This document shows, in pieces, positions 41,401 through 53,200 of a DNA stretch of 64,000 bases (positions are counted from its first letter, which is position 1; every line of letters begins with the position of its first letter). The stretch spans positions 41,602,001 through 41,666,000 of the forward strand of contig NC_086384.1 of NCBI RefSeq assembly GCF_036588685.1, written 5' to 3'. Source of the DNA: Mytilus trossulus (Eukaryota). Below the pieces are notes generated by a model. It saw only the letters and a list, made by a program, of their open reading frames with translations. It did not search any database and was not told where the DNA came from. Made by a program: the position numbers and the translations under genes.

Positions 41401-44400
41401 ATAACACTAGGTTTTCGATATCACAAACTAATCAAAACTTTTACTAAATTTTATCATCACATAAGGAAATTCGTAAAAATAACTCAACATGCAGACATTT
41501 TATACGTTCAGGTATTTCACATCCAATCTTTTATGGTAATATTCTTTACAAAGCACATAAATGTCAGTATTCACCTTAAAAGCTTACACAACCTTTAAAC
41601 AGACTTATTAAGAAGGGATATAGTTACGATACTGTTGTCAGGTCATTAAAGATTGCATTTTTTGGCTTTAATATTGATTCTCTTGTAGGTTCTTTGGACA
41701 GTTGTTGGCATGAAACGGGTTATGTTCTTTTCATACATTTTATGATAGTAAATGATGATACTAAACCCCTAACGGGAGGGATTGTGCCTGATATTCATAT
41801 GATGAAGACATTATCTTTCAATCAGTTTAATTGAGGTTTGGAGCTGTCATGTCAGTTAACTGCCAGTAGCCTGTTGTTATTTCTGTATTATTGTCATTTT
41901 GTTTATTTTCTTTTGTTACATTTCTGACATCGGACTCGGACTTTTATTGAACTAAATTTTAATGTGCGTATTGTTATGCGTTTACTTTTCTACATTGGCT
42001 AGAGGTATATGGAGGGTTGAGATCTCATAAACATGTTTAACCCCGCCGCAATTGTGCGCCTGTCCCAAGTCAGGAGCCTCTGACCTTTGTTAGTCTTGCA
42101 TAATTTTTAATGTAGTTTCTTGTATGTAATTCGGCGTTAAGTATGACGTCCATTTTCACTGAACTAATATACATATTTTTAAGGGATCAGCTGAAGAACG
42201 CCTCCGGGTGCAGAAGTTTCTCTCTACATTGAAGACTCATTGTTGGCCTTCGGCTGTTGTCTGCTCTATGGTCGGGTTGTTGTCGCTTTGACACATTTCC
42301 GATTTCATTTCTCAATTTTATACACACTGATAAATTGATAGACACTGAAAACGCCATGACATAAAATAACAATAGACGACAATACCTGTGGTGAAATTCT
42401 TCCCAAAACTTCAAATCATTTCTTTAACCTCTGAGCACATTTTTTCCTAAACCTTTATGCAAACCGTTTCCCTAACCTCTGTTTATATTCGAACCTACAC
42501 CTCAGATCATATCCTTTCTTCAACCTCTAGCCGGATTGTTTCATTAACCACTGGTCATATTCTACACTAAACATTGGTCATACTTTCCCTTGAAACTCCG
42601 ATCATATCTATCTTTTAACCTTTGATTATATTCTTCCTTCAATCTTATACACCAAACATCTTCGACCACAAGGGTGTAAAAATGTAAAAATCAAAACCTT
42701 CCTATTGCTTCTGTTGCCTAAACTTAATCATATTCCTAAATTACATGTTTTGTTCATTACTTTCCCTGTACACGTTATATTTGTTTAAACCTCTCTAAGT
42801 TTGTTACTGGCGTTCCTGATGAAGGTTATGAAATTTCATTTTTACATTGTGTTTTGTTTCAATTTCTAGCAGCGGGTCAATAACACTTCTGGTGGACTGT
42901 TTGTCTCTAGGGTCGTCAGTCCTGTAGTAATTGCTTAGCTAATGACATGATTAATGCAATAGAAATTGTAAAGATAGCACGGTTCCTTCTCTCTCAGGGA
43001 AAGTTGCCCTTCAATGATTTTGATTATTTATTTATTTATTTCCCTTTTGTAATATAGATCATGTAGTCATACATCCCCGGTTTTGGTTTCAACTGTTCCT
43101 ATTAACCATGGTAAAGTTTGAAAAACGACTCGGTGCATCACATGCGAGTAGTTTTATCCTTCGTCGTATTTTAACCTCTTACCATACTTTGTCTTAAAAC
43201 TTTAAGAATATTATAACATAAGCATGAAATCTATTTAAGCTATCCTCCAATTGAATGTAGATGATATTTCATAGTTTCCTCAGTTCTGTATTCTTCAATT
43301 CTTTTGTACGTTGTACACATTATTTACCATTTTGTTGACCGTTATATTCTGTTTGACAGGTATTCTATGTTCTTTCTAATTTCGCACACCATAATTTTCT
43401 CACTTCATTGTTTTAGCTTTTTTCCTTTATTCTTTTTACATGTTTTATCAATCATTTCCTTTTGCTTGCCCCATCCACAACTTCATCTCATCCCATCATA
43501 AGAAAGGGAAAATTTAGTTTGATAAGCATACAAATCAATTACTGTAACCCAACGTATTTCCGCAGATACTTATTTGAGCGTTTAGCCCTTTCTAGCCCAT
43601 TTCACAATTCTCAAATTCACTGGATATAAATTAGGGGGAAATCCAAGTTATACACATTCGCGAAGATTTATATTCGCGATATTTTCTACTCGCGGAAATA
43701 AATCGCTCGCGGAAATAAATCGCTCGCGAAAATAAATTGGTTAACAGTACTATTTGATTGATTATGATCGTTAAGGATAACCCTATAGGACATGACAGAT
43801 TTACATCATGTATCAACACTCGGCAAATTTCTTAGATAATTATATCAAGATAATTTTCTACCAGTGGAGTATATTACTTAAGCTGGTTTTTGTAAAACCT
43901 TTCCAGATTCCTGAATGTCCTTTCACTTTTTAGCCTTTTGTATTCGAGGATTACTGACGAGTCTTCAGTAGAAGAAAATCGCGTTTTGATTTATGTTATA
44001 AATAAAAGCAATAGTTGTATGCCGCTGTTCAATAGTCATAAATCAATTTAACTCTCAACCAAAACTGAAACAAATCAAATAAAAGAAGAAAACAATGGAG
44101 TAACAGGAACACAAAAGTTCTACAAAACCTAAGGCCAATTTACATAGAAACTGACTGTGATAACAACTGACATATATCTGAATTATGTATGTACATTGTT
44201 TAAAAAATGGTGGGTTGAATCAGGTTTTGTGGCTGGCCAAAACTCCCGCTTATAAAATATGCAAAATACAAAAAATGCTTTATGTATTTTATCTTATTTC
44301 GAAGATGTTGGTCGTTTGAGAAAACCGGTAGAACCTGGCAAATCGATGGTCTCAACAACACAGCATATGAGAAAGCAGAAATACTTAACAAAAAACTCTT

Positions 44401-44593
44401 CACTTTAGTAGATATCGGATTATTTTCTCAAAAAATCAGGAATGTGAGTATATTTGTTAAGAATAAAAATTATTATAGTAGCACAAATGTGTCATTGAAT
44501 ATACTGACTATAACATATATTATACTAACTTTCTATTTTATAACACTTAAAAGTTATTTTGCTAGTTTACCTGTATCTAATGTTTTATACTAG
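32690..44593 (+). CDS. Divergent glycosyltransferase family 7 (B4GALT/bre-4-like) protein, ~391 aa, 6 exons (32690-32933, 33760-34001, 36095-36279, 37104-37226, 38377-38469, 44305-44593)
   Basis: N-terminal TM; GHYKPKLCIAYQKVAII; LRRQQLEFGIY; NRGLLFNIGF; YDCVIFHDVDVIPEDDRNYYAC..PRHM; GGIISM..INGWSN; DGLNN. Splice phases are consistent (1176 nt). Confidence 0.85.
33290..33670 (+). repeat. Dispersed retroposon 3'-end repeat (family B)
   Basis: Further copies at ~37640-37805 (+), 54190-54347 (-) and 55270-55378 (-), sharing CCTGTACCAAGTCAGGAATATGACAGTT. Confidence 0.7.
35090..35530. repeat. Degenerate (TAG)n microsatellite region
   Basis: Several AGT/TAG runs. Confidence 0.9.
36544..36782. mobile_element. 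MITE, Zator/Harbinger-like
   Basis: TIRs GGCCAAATAAAAAAGTATGTGTGGTTCC / GGAACCACACATATATTTTTATTTGACC, flanked by TAA/TTA. Confidence 0.65.
38914..40568 (-). repeat. Retrozyme array 1: ~4.65 tandem copies of a 355-bp unit, one hammerhead each
   Basis: Unit starts at 38916, 39271, 39627, 39982 and 40337; highly similar copies. Confidence 0.95.
40012..40055 (-). ncRNA. Type I hammerhead ribozyme (array 1; other copies at ~38946, 39301, 39657, 40367)
   Basis: Minus strand GCGUCA-CUGAUGA-GUCU UAUGU AGAC-GAAA-C GCGC G-UC^-UGGCGU: full core, stems I and II, minimal palindromic stem III, GUC cleavage triplet. Confidence 0.92.
43542..43748. mobile_element. Small TA-flanked MITE
   Basis: TA|CTGTAACCCAAC ... 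TTGGTTAACAG|TA, with internal TCGCGGAAATAAA repeats. Confidence 0.55.
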
Positions 44594-45159
44594 CATATTC
44601 ATTTAAGGTTTGACCAAACTTTTTCTACTTAGGTTGGTGTACTCCAACTATTACAGGAAGTTTATAGAATAAAGAAGACGTAAATTAATTTGCGAAAATG
44701 TAGATAATATATCATCATAAATTATTAAAAAAATATATAATAGAAAGTACATCACAGTACGTTTTGCAGTCGTAAATACGTTCGGTAACTCTGTACATTA
44801 CTTGTTTATGATTTTGTATACAAGACGAAACTCATCATTGATACCAGGGTTACAATTTTAAACGCCAGACGCACGTTCTTTTCTTATTCAGACCTACTAT
44901 TAAAGAGTTAATAATACCAAATAAAGTACTAAGGATTGACCAAGAATTCAACTAAGACTATCTTTTTCCCGGGGTGGACAATTCTTAGCATTTCGAAACA
45001 ACGAAACAATTAAAGTTTTGTAATCTTATTGACAATTCATGTTGACAACTGGACTGGTTACACACTCGAGGCGAACTTGAATTATTCAAAAATGCTAGCG
45101 TTGGAATTAATGTCTGTGCTGAAATTGACCTCGGAATTCATTATTGTAACCTCAATATT

Positions 45160-46432
45160 TTATAAATTTATTATAAATTAAGTAATGAATCTCCCTCATG
45201 CAAAGCTCTGATTCCTTTCACGGATTTTGCTATACTTTTGGGATCTTTTGGATTATAGCTCTTCATTTTTTATCTAAGCTTTAGGTTTCAAATATTTTGG
45301 GCACGAGCATCACTGAAGAGACATGTATTGTCGAAATGCGCATCTGGTGCAGAATTTTTTTTACCGTTAATGATATAACTACCACTGGGTCAATGCCTCT
45401 GCTGGTAGACTGTTAGTCCCCGAGGGTATCACCAGCCCAGTTGCCAGTACTTCGGTACTGGCATAAAAATACGGATTTATTTTTTTTATTATTAAAATTT
45501 CTGATACAAAATGTTAGCAATTATTATAAATTAAAGACTGCATCTCCCTCATGCAAAGCTCCGATTCCTTTCACGGATTTGGCTATACGTTTTGGACCTT
45601 TTGGATTATAGCTCTTCGTCTTTTATCTAAGCTTAAGGTTTCAAATATTTTGGCCACGATCATCACTGAGAGACATGTATTGTCGAAATGCGCAACTTGT
45701 GCAGAAAAATTTGTACCGTAAATGATATGACTACCACTGGGCCGATATCTCTGCTTGTGGACTGTTAGTCCCCGAGGGTATCACCAGCCCAGTAGCCAGT
45801 ACTTCGGTACTAGCATGAAAATACGGATTTTTTTTGGTTATTAAAATTTGCTGTAACAAAATGTTAGAAATTATTATGAATAAAGGAATGCATCTCCCTC
45901 ATGCAAAGTTCAGATGCCTTTCACGGATTTGGCTATACTTTTTTGACCTTTTGGATTATAGCTCTTCCTCTTTTATATAAGCTTTGGGTTTCAAATATTT
46001 TGGACACGAGCATCACTGAAGAGACTTGTATTGTAGAAATGCGCATCTGACGTAGGAAAATCGGTACCTTTAATGATATTACTACCATTGGGTCGATGCC
46101 TCTGCTGGTGGGCTGTTAGTCCCCGAAGGTATCACCAGCCCAGTAGCCAGTACTTCGGTACTGGCATGAAAATACTGATTTTTTTTGGTTATTAAAATTT
46201 GCTGTTACAAAATGTTAGAAATTATTATAAATTAAGGAATGCATCTCCCTCTTTTAAAGCTCTGATTCCTTTCACGGATTTGGCTATACTTTTTGGACCT
46301 TTTGGATTATAGCTCTTCATCTTTTATATAAGATTTGGGTTTCAAATATTTTGACCACGAGCATCACTGAAGGGACATATATTGTCGAAATGCGCATCTG
46401 GTGCAGGAAAATTGGTACCGTTAATGATATTA
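45160..46432 (+). repeat. Retrozyme array 2: ~3.6 tandem copies of a ~351-bp unit, one hammerhead each
   Basis: Hammerhead motifs at 45307, 45660, 46010 and 46361; units more diverged than array 1. Confidence 0.92.
45307..45350 (+). ncRNA. Type I hammerhead ribozyme (array 2, intact copy)
   Basis: GCAUCA-CUGAAGA-GACA UGUAU UGUC-GAAA-U GCGC A-UC^-UGGUGC; AUC cleavage triplet. Confidence 0.9.
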
Positions 46433-46597
46433 TCAGTCTCGGCAACTTACAGTGCGATCAAATCACTTAACATACTACTGTCTAATTCGAGAAATAGAAA
46501 ACGAGAATATATGAATTGTATGAAACGGTTTATTTGAAACATTACAATGAAGGTAACCATCCGAGAAAGTAACAAACATGAGAGACTTGTAGGTTAA

Positions 46598-47339
46598 GGT
46601 TTATGTACCCTTCTGTAGCCATTTTTGTACGAACTTTTGAAACTTCAATTGTATCAAGACTACAGATATAATGAATAATAGAGATAGGCCATGTTATACA
46701 TATTCCAAGGGGAAACTTGATGCAAAGCATTATTTTTTACTGTTCCATTGCATTTAATAGAAAAAGAGGACTTTATGGCAAATAAATCAAGAATTTTATA
46801 GAAAATCCACAGCCTTTATCCTTGTACTCTCATATTTGGCAATTTGATGCCTGAGAGATATAGGATTATTGCATGCAGTGCTAGCATTGATTTCCTTAAA
46901 ACTTAAAGTTTATAAATGTAGTTATTGGTTAAACAAATATGAATATGGCCAAAATCAAGTACACCTTTTAGGGTGCACTCGACTTTAGTGACTCAGCACG
47001 AGGTGTTTTGGAATTTACAAGTTGCTTAAAACCTTTTAGAAAAAAATAAACACTAGCACATCATAGAAAATCAAGTGAGTAATTTATGTTTCAAATTTTA
47101 TAACAAAAATCTCTATTAAAGGCTGTGGATTTTCTATAAAAATCTTGATTTATTTGCCACAAAGTCCTCTTTTTTTCTATCAAATGCAATGAAACAATAA
47201 AAAATAATGCTTTGCATCAAGTTTCCCCTTGGTTTATGTACAAAATGGCCTATCTCTATTATTCGTTTTATCTGTAGTTTTGATACAATTGAGGTTTGAA
47301 AAATTCGTACAAAAATGGCTACAGAAGGTTACATTAACC
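46598..47339. mobile_element. Non-autonomous DNA transposon with ~220-bp TIRs (Kolobok-like)
   Basis: 46598-46820 is the imperfect reverse complement of 47117-47339; GG termini; TTAA on the left, TTCA on the right. Confidence 0.75.
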
Positions 47340-50214
47340 TTCATTAATTATTTACAGATGTCTTTCTCTCTATGGGCGCCTTTTCATACTTCATTAGTGA
47401 CAGAGCATTTGACAAACATTATAAATATCACAGCTGTTCATGCCAAGAAATATTGTCAAGTCGGACTATAAAAACTCACCTTTTAATAGCCGTATCCTTT
47501 ATTGAGCTTCAAAGTGTACTTATATTGATACAGCGGGACAAGATAAAAAAAAATACCATTAAGAGGCGATCATTAGACAGGTTTGACTGTAAATGCAATG
47601 TGTTACCTCCTTTTCCCAATTTTATGATAAAAAAAAAGACTAATAATTGCTTTTTTTTTACATTTTTTGTAGAGTTACTTGAAACGAATGCGAAATATAA
47701 CAAACTTCGACAGTCTTCCGAATGCAACACTGACGCTAAACAACATGGTCTGTGAGCAGTTACTTGGAAGAAAGCTTGATTTTAATACAATATTAAAAAC
47801 ATAATGATGACTTTATAAAATACTACAAAAAGTAATGTGTGCATTGATCTGAGGAAAAAGTGTCATTAGATTTACTGAAAAGAAAATGTTTTTGAAGATC
47901 CCTAAATGTTATTTTCAATTCTTCTCCAAAATATTTATGTACCTTTGATCCAGAGCTAACCCCAAAGTATAAATAAATATAAAGAATACGTCAATAAGAC
48001 GACACAAATAGCAAAATACATTTAGAATTCGATGCAAAGTCTTCAACAATGTGTAACAATCTGTATTATAAAAGAATGTTTACCTTTGTTGAATCTACCA
48101 AAGGTGCACTTGATTATGTTCAATTTTTAAATTCAGATTTCACACTAGTAACGAAACGTTAGTCAATACCTTTTAGTTTCGTAGTAATCACATTGCATGT
48201 GTTTGATATGAATTCCTACTTTTAATTGCCTGAAAGTGTATTTCAACAAATTCAACTTTCATGACTGCACGTGTTTCTCGTGACAACGTCAATACATTGC
48301 ATAGGAAAATCTTGATATTTATCGTTATGTTCGTACAATAATTAGAAGATGAGGTATAGTTGTCTATGAGAAAACTCTCAATCAGAGATAAAGACATAGA
48401 AGTTCGTAGAATGTAAATTACGTGCGTATGGCGTAAAAACAAAATTCAAATCCTGCAATATATGATGAGTTTATTTTGTATCTTCTAGGGTTGCAAAATC
48501 GTTGATCGTGTGTACAAATTTTAGTATAAAGCTCTTAAATGCTTTATCCAGAATGCACTTTGGTCAACACTTTTACACTTCAATCAAATTAAAAACAGAA
48601 TCATTCAATTTTTAAATCTATATTTTTTTATATTCTGTATGTTATTTTGAATTTAATTGGTCAACATTCTGAAATGAAATCTGAAAACAAATATAAAATG
48701 ATGATTTTCATTTTATGACGTTTTCTACATAAATTCGTACACCATTAAGTACTAGATAAACATTAATTGTTGAACATTGTGTTGAATATTTAGATTATAA
48801 AGATCATACAATAATGCTCGTCTCATTTAGTAAATTGTGAGATAATATGCCATAATGTACATGAAATTTGTCTGGTGAACGATTTTTTTTATCAGGGTAT
48901 CTCTGATGATGTTTTACACTTAATTAATTTCATACAAATTACATTTATATCTAAAAAATTGATATACAAAAAGTCACATATTTCTTTAAGCACGTACATT
49001 CATTAACAATTGATCAACCAAACATGTTAAAGTAAACACATTGACATTAGGGTACATATGATTATAACAGTATATAATACAAAAGAATAAGGCTCATATA
49101 ACGATTTATCAAAAAAGAGAAATTTTAAAAGAATTTGATTGTGGATGTAACACGTCTTCTGGTTGGCTGAAAGTGTTTTTTGTCTATAAGCTCATAGATC
49201 CAATAATTTTGTCATGTGACCGCGACGTCATTAACGTTTTTTCATTACATACTCCTGTTAAGAATTAAAATATAAGAAATAACTTTAAAATACAATAACA
49301 ATATAATAAACACTTTTTTAAAAACCCGCTACACGGGTTATTCAGTATGCACCACGGTTTTTTTTTTTATGTTATTTCTAAATACACAGAAAGAATATTA
49401 CAGTCATTTCTCAATTGTATAATAATCTCACTTGTTATTGTCACATTGTTTTTTTAAGCCCCTGTTGTTTATCAATACTTAACCTCTTTAAATCTAAACC
49501 TGTGTTGTACCAATCGTTTGCTAACATTAAATTTTTTTTTAAAAAATAAAAAAAACTCTTTTTCGTAATATTTTTTTCTTCAAAGAAAAAAAAATAACTT
49601 TAAATGAAAAACAAATTATATAAAAAGATACACGCTAATTGTTCTACCACTTGTCAGTTCAAATCACATGTGTATACAACTATACTACCATGCGTTGGGT
49701 ATTATTATCAATATTTCCAAATCTGGAAAAGGGTAAATCACGCTTTGGCTGAACAATTTTGGTTCATAATCTAACATTTGAAAAGTTATACCGACGAGTA
49801 GCAATCTGAAGTAGTTAGGATGAAACATAACAGAGACCTATAAAATTTAGACTATTAAAGCATTTGAGTAACCAGACGAAATGATGAATTCCAGTTATTT
49901 TTTTCTCTGTAACATAAAATAAACTTGAAAAAAACTGCACAGTAAAATGCACAATAATTCAAATTGTTGTTAATTTAAAAACATATATGATTTGCACAGC
50001 ATTTCTATTTCGAAATTTAAAAAAAAATGATAAATAAACCCTTCAAATTAAATCACTTAATATTTAATTTCCAAAATGTAATTTTCTATTAAGTTTGGAT
50101 AGTTTTATTATAATTCACTTGTTTTCTACTTATCTAATAAACTCTATAAAAACCATCACAGTTAATTTAAGCATATTCATAAATCATTTTAAACACAGAT
50201 TAAACACAACTAAG

Positions 50215-53200
50215 TCAGTCGTCGTCGATTATACCACTTTTTTTCAACTGTTCATATACTCTATCCAAATATTCCGGATCGGGATAGCCATATCTGAAAT
50301 ATTGATGTAAACATATTTGAATCAGATATATATATAATAAAATAAGAGTATGATTGCCAATGAGACAACTCTCCACATGACCTAATGACACAGAAGTTAA
50401 CAACTATAGATCACCGTACGGCCAATATTTGCTTAGCATAAAAATCGGTTATAAAAGTAATCCACACGACTGGTGGGCGGCAAATAGGAATTGTTTAGAA
50501 TTCATTTTACCTAATCCTAACCTGTTATTTAGGGGTTGTGCAGATTTGTCTTTAGTCTTATCTTTAGTCTATGATACATTTGTATACTGTTTGTCACAGG
50601 TTTTGTTTAACGTGCCGTAGTTGTTTGTCGTCATCTTATAAGTATACATATTGATTTGGTATGTTTTGCCGCTCTTTAATATATTGATGGATGGGATGAA
50701 GTAATTGGAAATTAAAAAAAAACATATTGAATATCAGTGTGTCCCTACTAATATTTTTGTAGAGTGTATGAATAGTAATAGGAAACACTAAAAATTATCG
50801 AAATGAAGTTAACAAGACATTTTTAAAGAAATAATTTACAGCGGTCCTTGGTGATTGAATATAAAATCCTATTGAAACCGCAGGTTTGACTAAAGGTTTA
50901 CCTTTGGTGGAGTATAATTGATTCGAAACCCCATTTCAAAAACAGAAAGGCCCACCCAAAATCACTTGGTGTAGAATATTAACGAAAACATGATCTCTAA
51001 TAATAAACAGATATATAAAAGCATTACCTTTCTGGACCTCCATCAGCACGTGTTTTGTGGTGGATGTCGTTCCACGTGACCACATTATCTCGGCCTGAGG
51101 TAGCTGATTTCCCCACTGTAAAGACTAACTGTTGATCAAACGCTTTTTTTAGCATTCTATGGATGAGTCTGCCTTGTTCATTATCAGGCAGGTATGCTGT
51201 TCGGTGGGCTCCTTTAAACTTAACACCAGGGTTTGGGTGTCTCTCCTTATGTGAAAAACAAAATATAAATAAACATTTAATTGTGTATTTATTATTTATT
51301 TATAAATATGTACAAAGTATGTGAATGGTTTTTTTTCAAACATACTGTATTAGTCACATAAACACAGGCAACAGAAGTATAGCGGTTTCAAAAGTCATAA
51401 ATCGATTGAGAGAAAGCAAATCCGGGTGACAAACCAAAACCGAGGGAAACACATCAACTATTAATACTAACATCATCAAAAATGCCGGTCATACAATTTA
51501 GTATTTTTCGTTTTTTGTGGTTTATATTAAGTCTTTGGCATATTACCGTCTTTCTATTTAAACCGATGTAACTTTTTCATCTGTCTGATCTGTACTAACC
51601 TGTTAACTCAAATATTGTTTTATCGCCCCACGTACTTGACTGATCCGAATTTAATTGCATTTTAACCATGATATGTTTCGTGTACACTCATAAGATATAC
51701 CGTGACACACCAATTACTTTCTATGTCAACTCTCTTGTTTTGCTTGTGTAGACCCATATGGCCGGAGCACCTGAGTTCACCCTTGTTTTGCTTGTGTAGA
51801 CCCATATAGCCAGAGCACCTGCATGAGTTCACCCTTGTTTTGCTTTGTAGACCCATATAGCCGGAGCACCTGAGTTCACCCCTTGTTTTGCTTGTGTAGA
51901 CCCATATAGCCGGAGCACCTGAGTTCACCCTTGTTTTGCTTGTGTAGACCCATATAGCCGGAGCACCTGCATGAGTTCACCCTTGTATTGCTTGTGTATA
52001 CCCATATAGCCGGAGCACCTGAGTTCACCCTTGTTTTGCTTGTGTAGACCCATATAGCCGGAGCACCTGCATGAGTTCACCCTTGTTTTGCTTGTGTAGA
52101 CCCATATAGCCGGAGCACCTGAGTTCACCCTTGTTTTGCTTGTGTAGACCCATATAGCCGGAGCACCTGAGTTCACCCTTGTTTTGCTTGTGTAGACCCA
52201 TATAGCCGGAGCACCTGAGTTCACCCTCGTCTTTTCCACCCTTAATTTGCTATGTAGTGTTTTGTGGACTATTGGTTTTCTTTTTTTCAAAATATGTTAA
52301 ATGGATATCATATTTGTTTAAATCAAGGTCATTGTAAAACCTTGTCAAAGATACCATGTCTCAAAGCTTCCTCGTTTTACTTTGACGATAAACAATGGTA
52401 GGTATGCTTTCGAAAAGCAGCATGACCAATTGGGGCAACAGTTTGTTGTACTAATTACAAGCTAGATACGTTGCATAGAGTGAGTAATAAACGGGGAAGG
52501 CATACGGTGTTCTGGCTTAGCAACGGAAAATAATCATGTTTGTCCATGTCACACATATATTCTACGTTGATAAAAGAAAGTCGAACGATACCAAATGGAT
52601 AACTTATCAGTCTAAAACAAACGAAAACACCTTGCAGTGCCATGGTTAACGATGAAAGACGACATAAAAATCAACAACTGAACAGTCCTTAAACACAACA
52701 TGGCAAGAAAAGCAAACACGGACCACACCAACAATTAACCGAGGTTGATCTCAGATTATCAAAAAGGGTAGGCAGATCCTGCTCCAAATGTGGCTCTCGT
52801 TATGTTGCTCGTGTATGTACAAACCTGGTTTTAGGTCTTATTCGAAAAATCAAAAAAGGTTTAGGTATTCGAAGAACAGAGGGCGGGATTGTGGTTACGG
52901 CAATTTAAAGATAAACGTCGTCTTAGCGGGAAACAAATCATGTTGTTTTCTGTAAAACTTTCAGATGCATATAAATATTTCATGAAAATAATGAAAAATT
53001 ACCGTCTGAACTCCGTCTGGGATGTCATAATCAATTATGATAGTGTCTGTTCCAGGGAAACCAGGAAGGTACTGGTTCACAGTCCTGCATGACATAACAC
53101 CATATGGCTGGTTACCAAGAGGTTTCCCATAAAATGTGTTACAGTTGGGGCAGGACGGTTTTTCTTCAAAATGTTTTTTAATGCATTCGGAACAAAACTC

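Larger units (their letters stand above)
38480..42320 (+). mobile_element. Degenerate Penelope-like retroelement (RT plus 3' region), interrupted by a retrozyme array
   Basis: Frameshifted RT motifs: FVLVPADKAANN, PTMYWLPKLHK..YRFI, FDLSTLYTTLPH, GIPMVSNCAPIIADMFLY, YLDDILALNN, DKRDDFSFPIVNYPFL.GDVPLSPSYGVY. Confidence 0.8.

Noticed and set aside
41795-41850. Possible SECIS element in the Penelope-like 3' region
   Set aside because: ATGA is present, but the matching GA quartet and helix geometry are not convincing.
45380-45472. HDV-like ribozyme interpretation of the shared retrozyme domain
   Set aside because: No GG/P4/catalytic-C J4/2 segment between the candidate P1' and P2' strands; topology is incomplete.
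51730-52228. CRISPR-like regular repeats
   Set aside because: Units are contiguous with no unique spacers, there are no cas genes, and the context is a eukaryotic intron.
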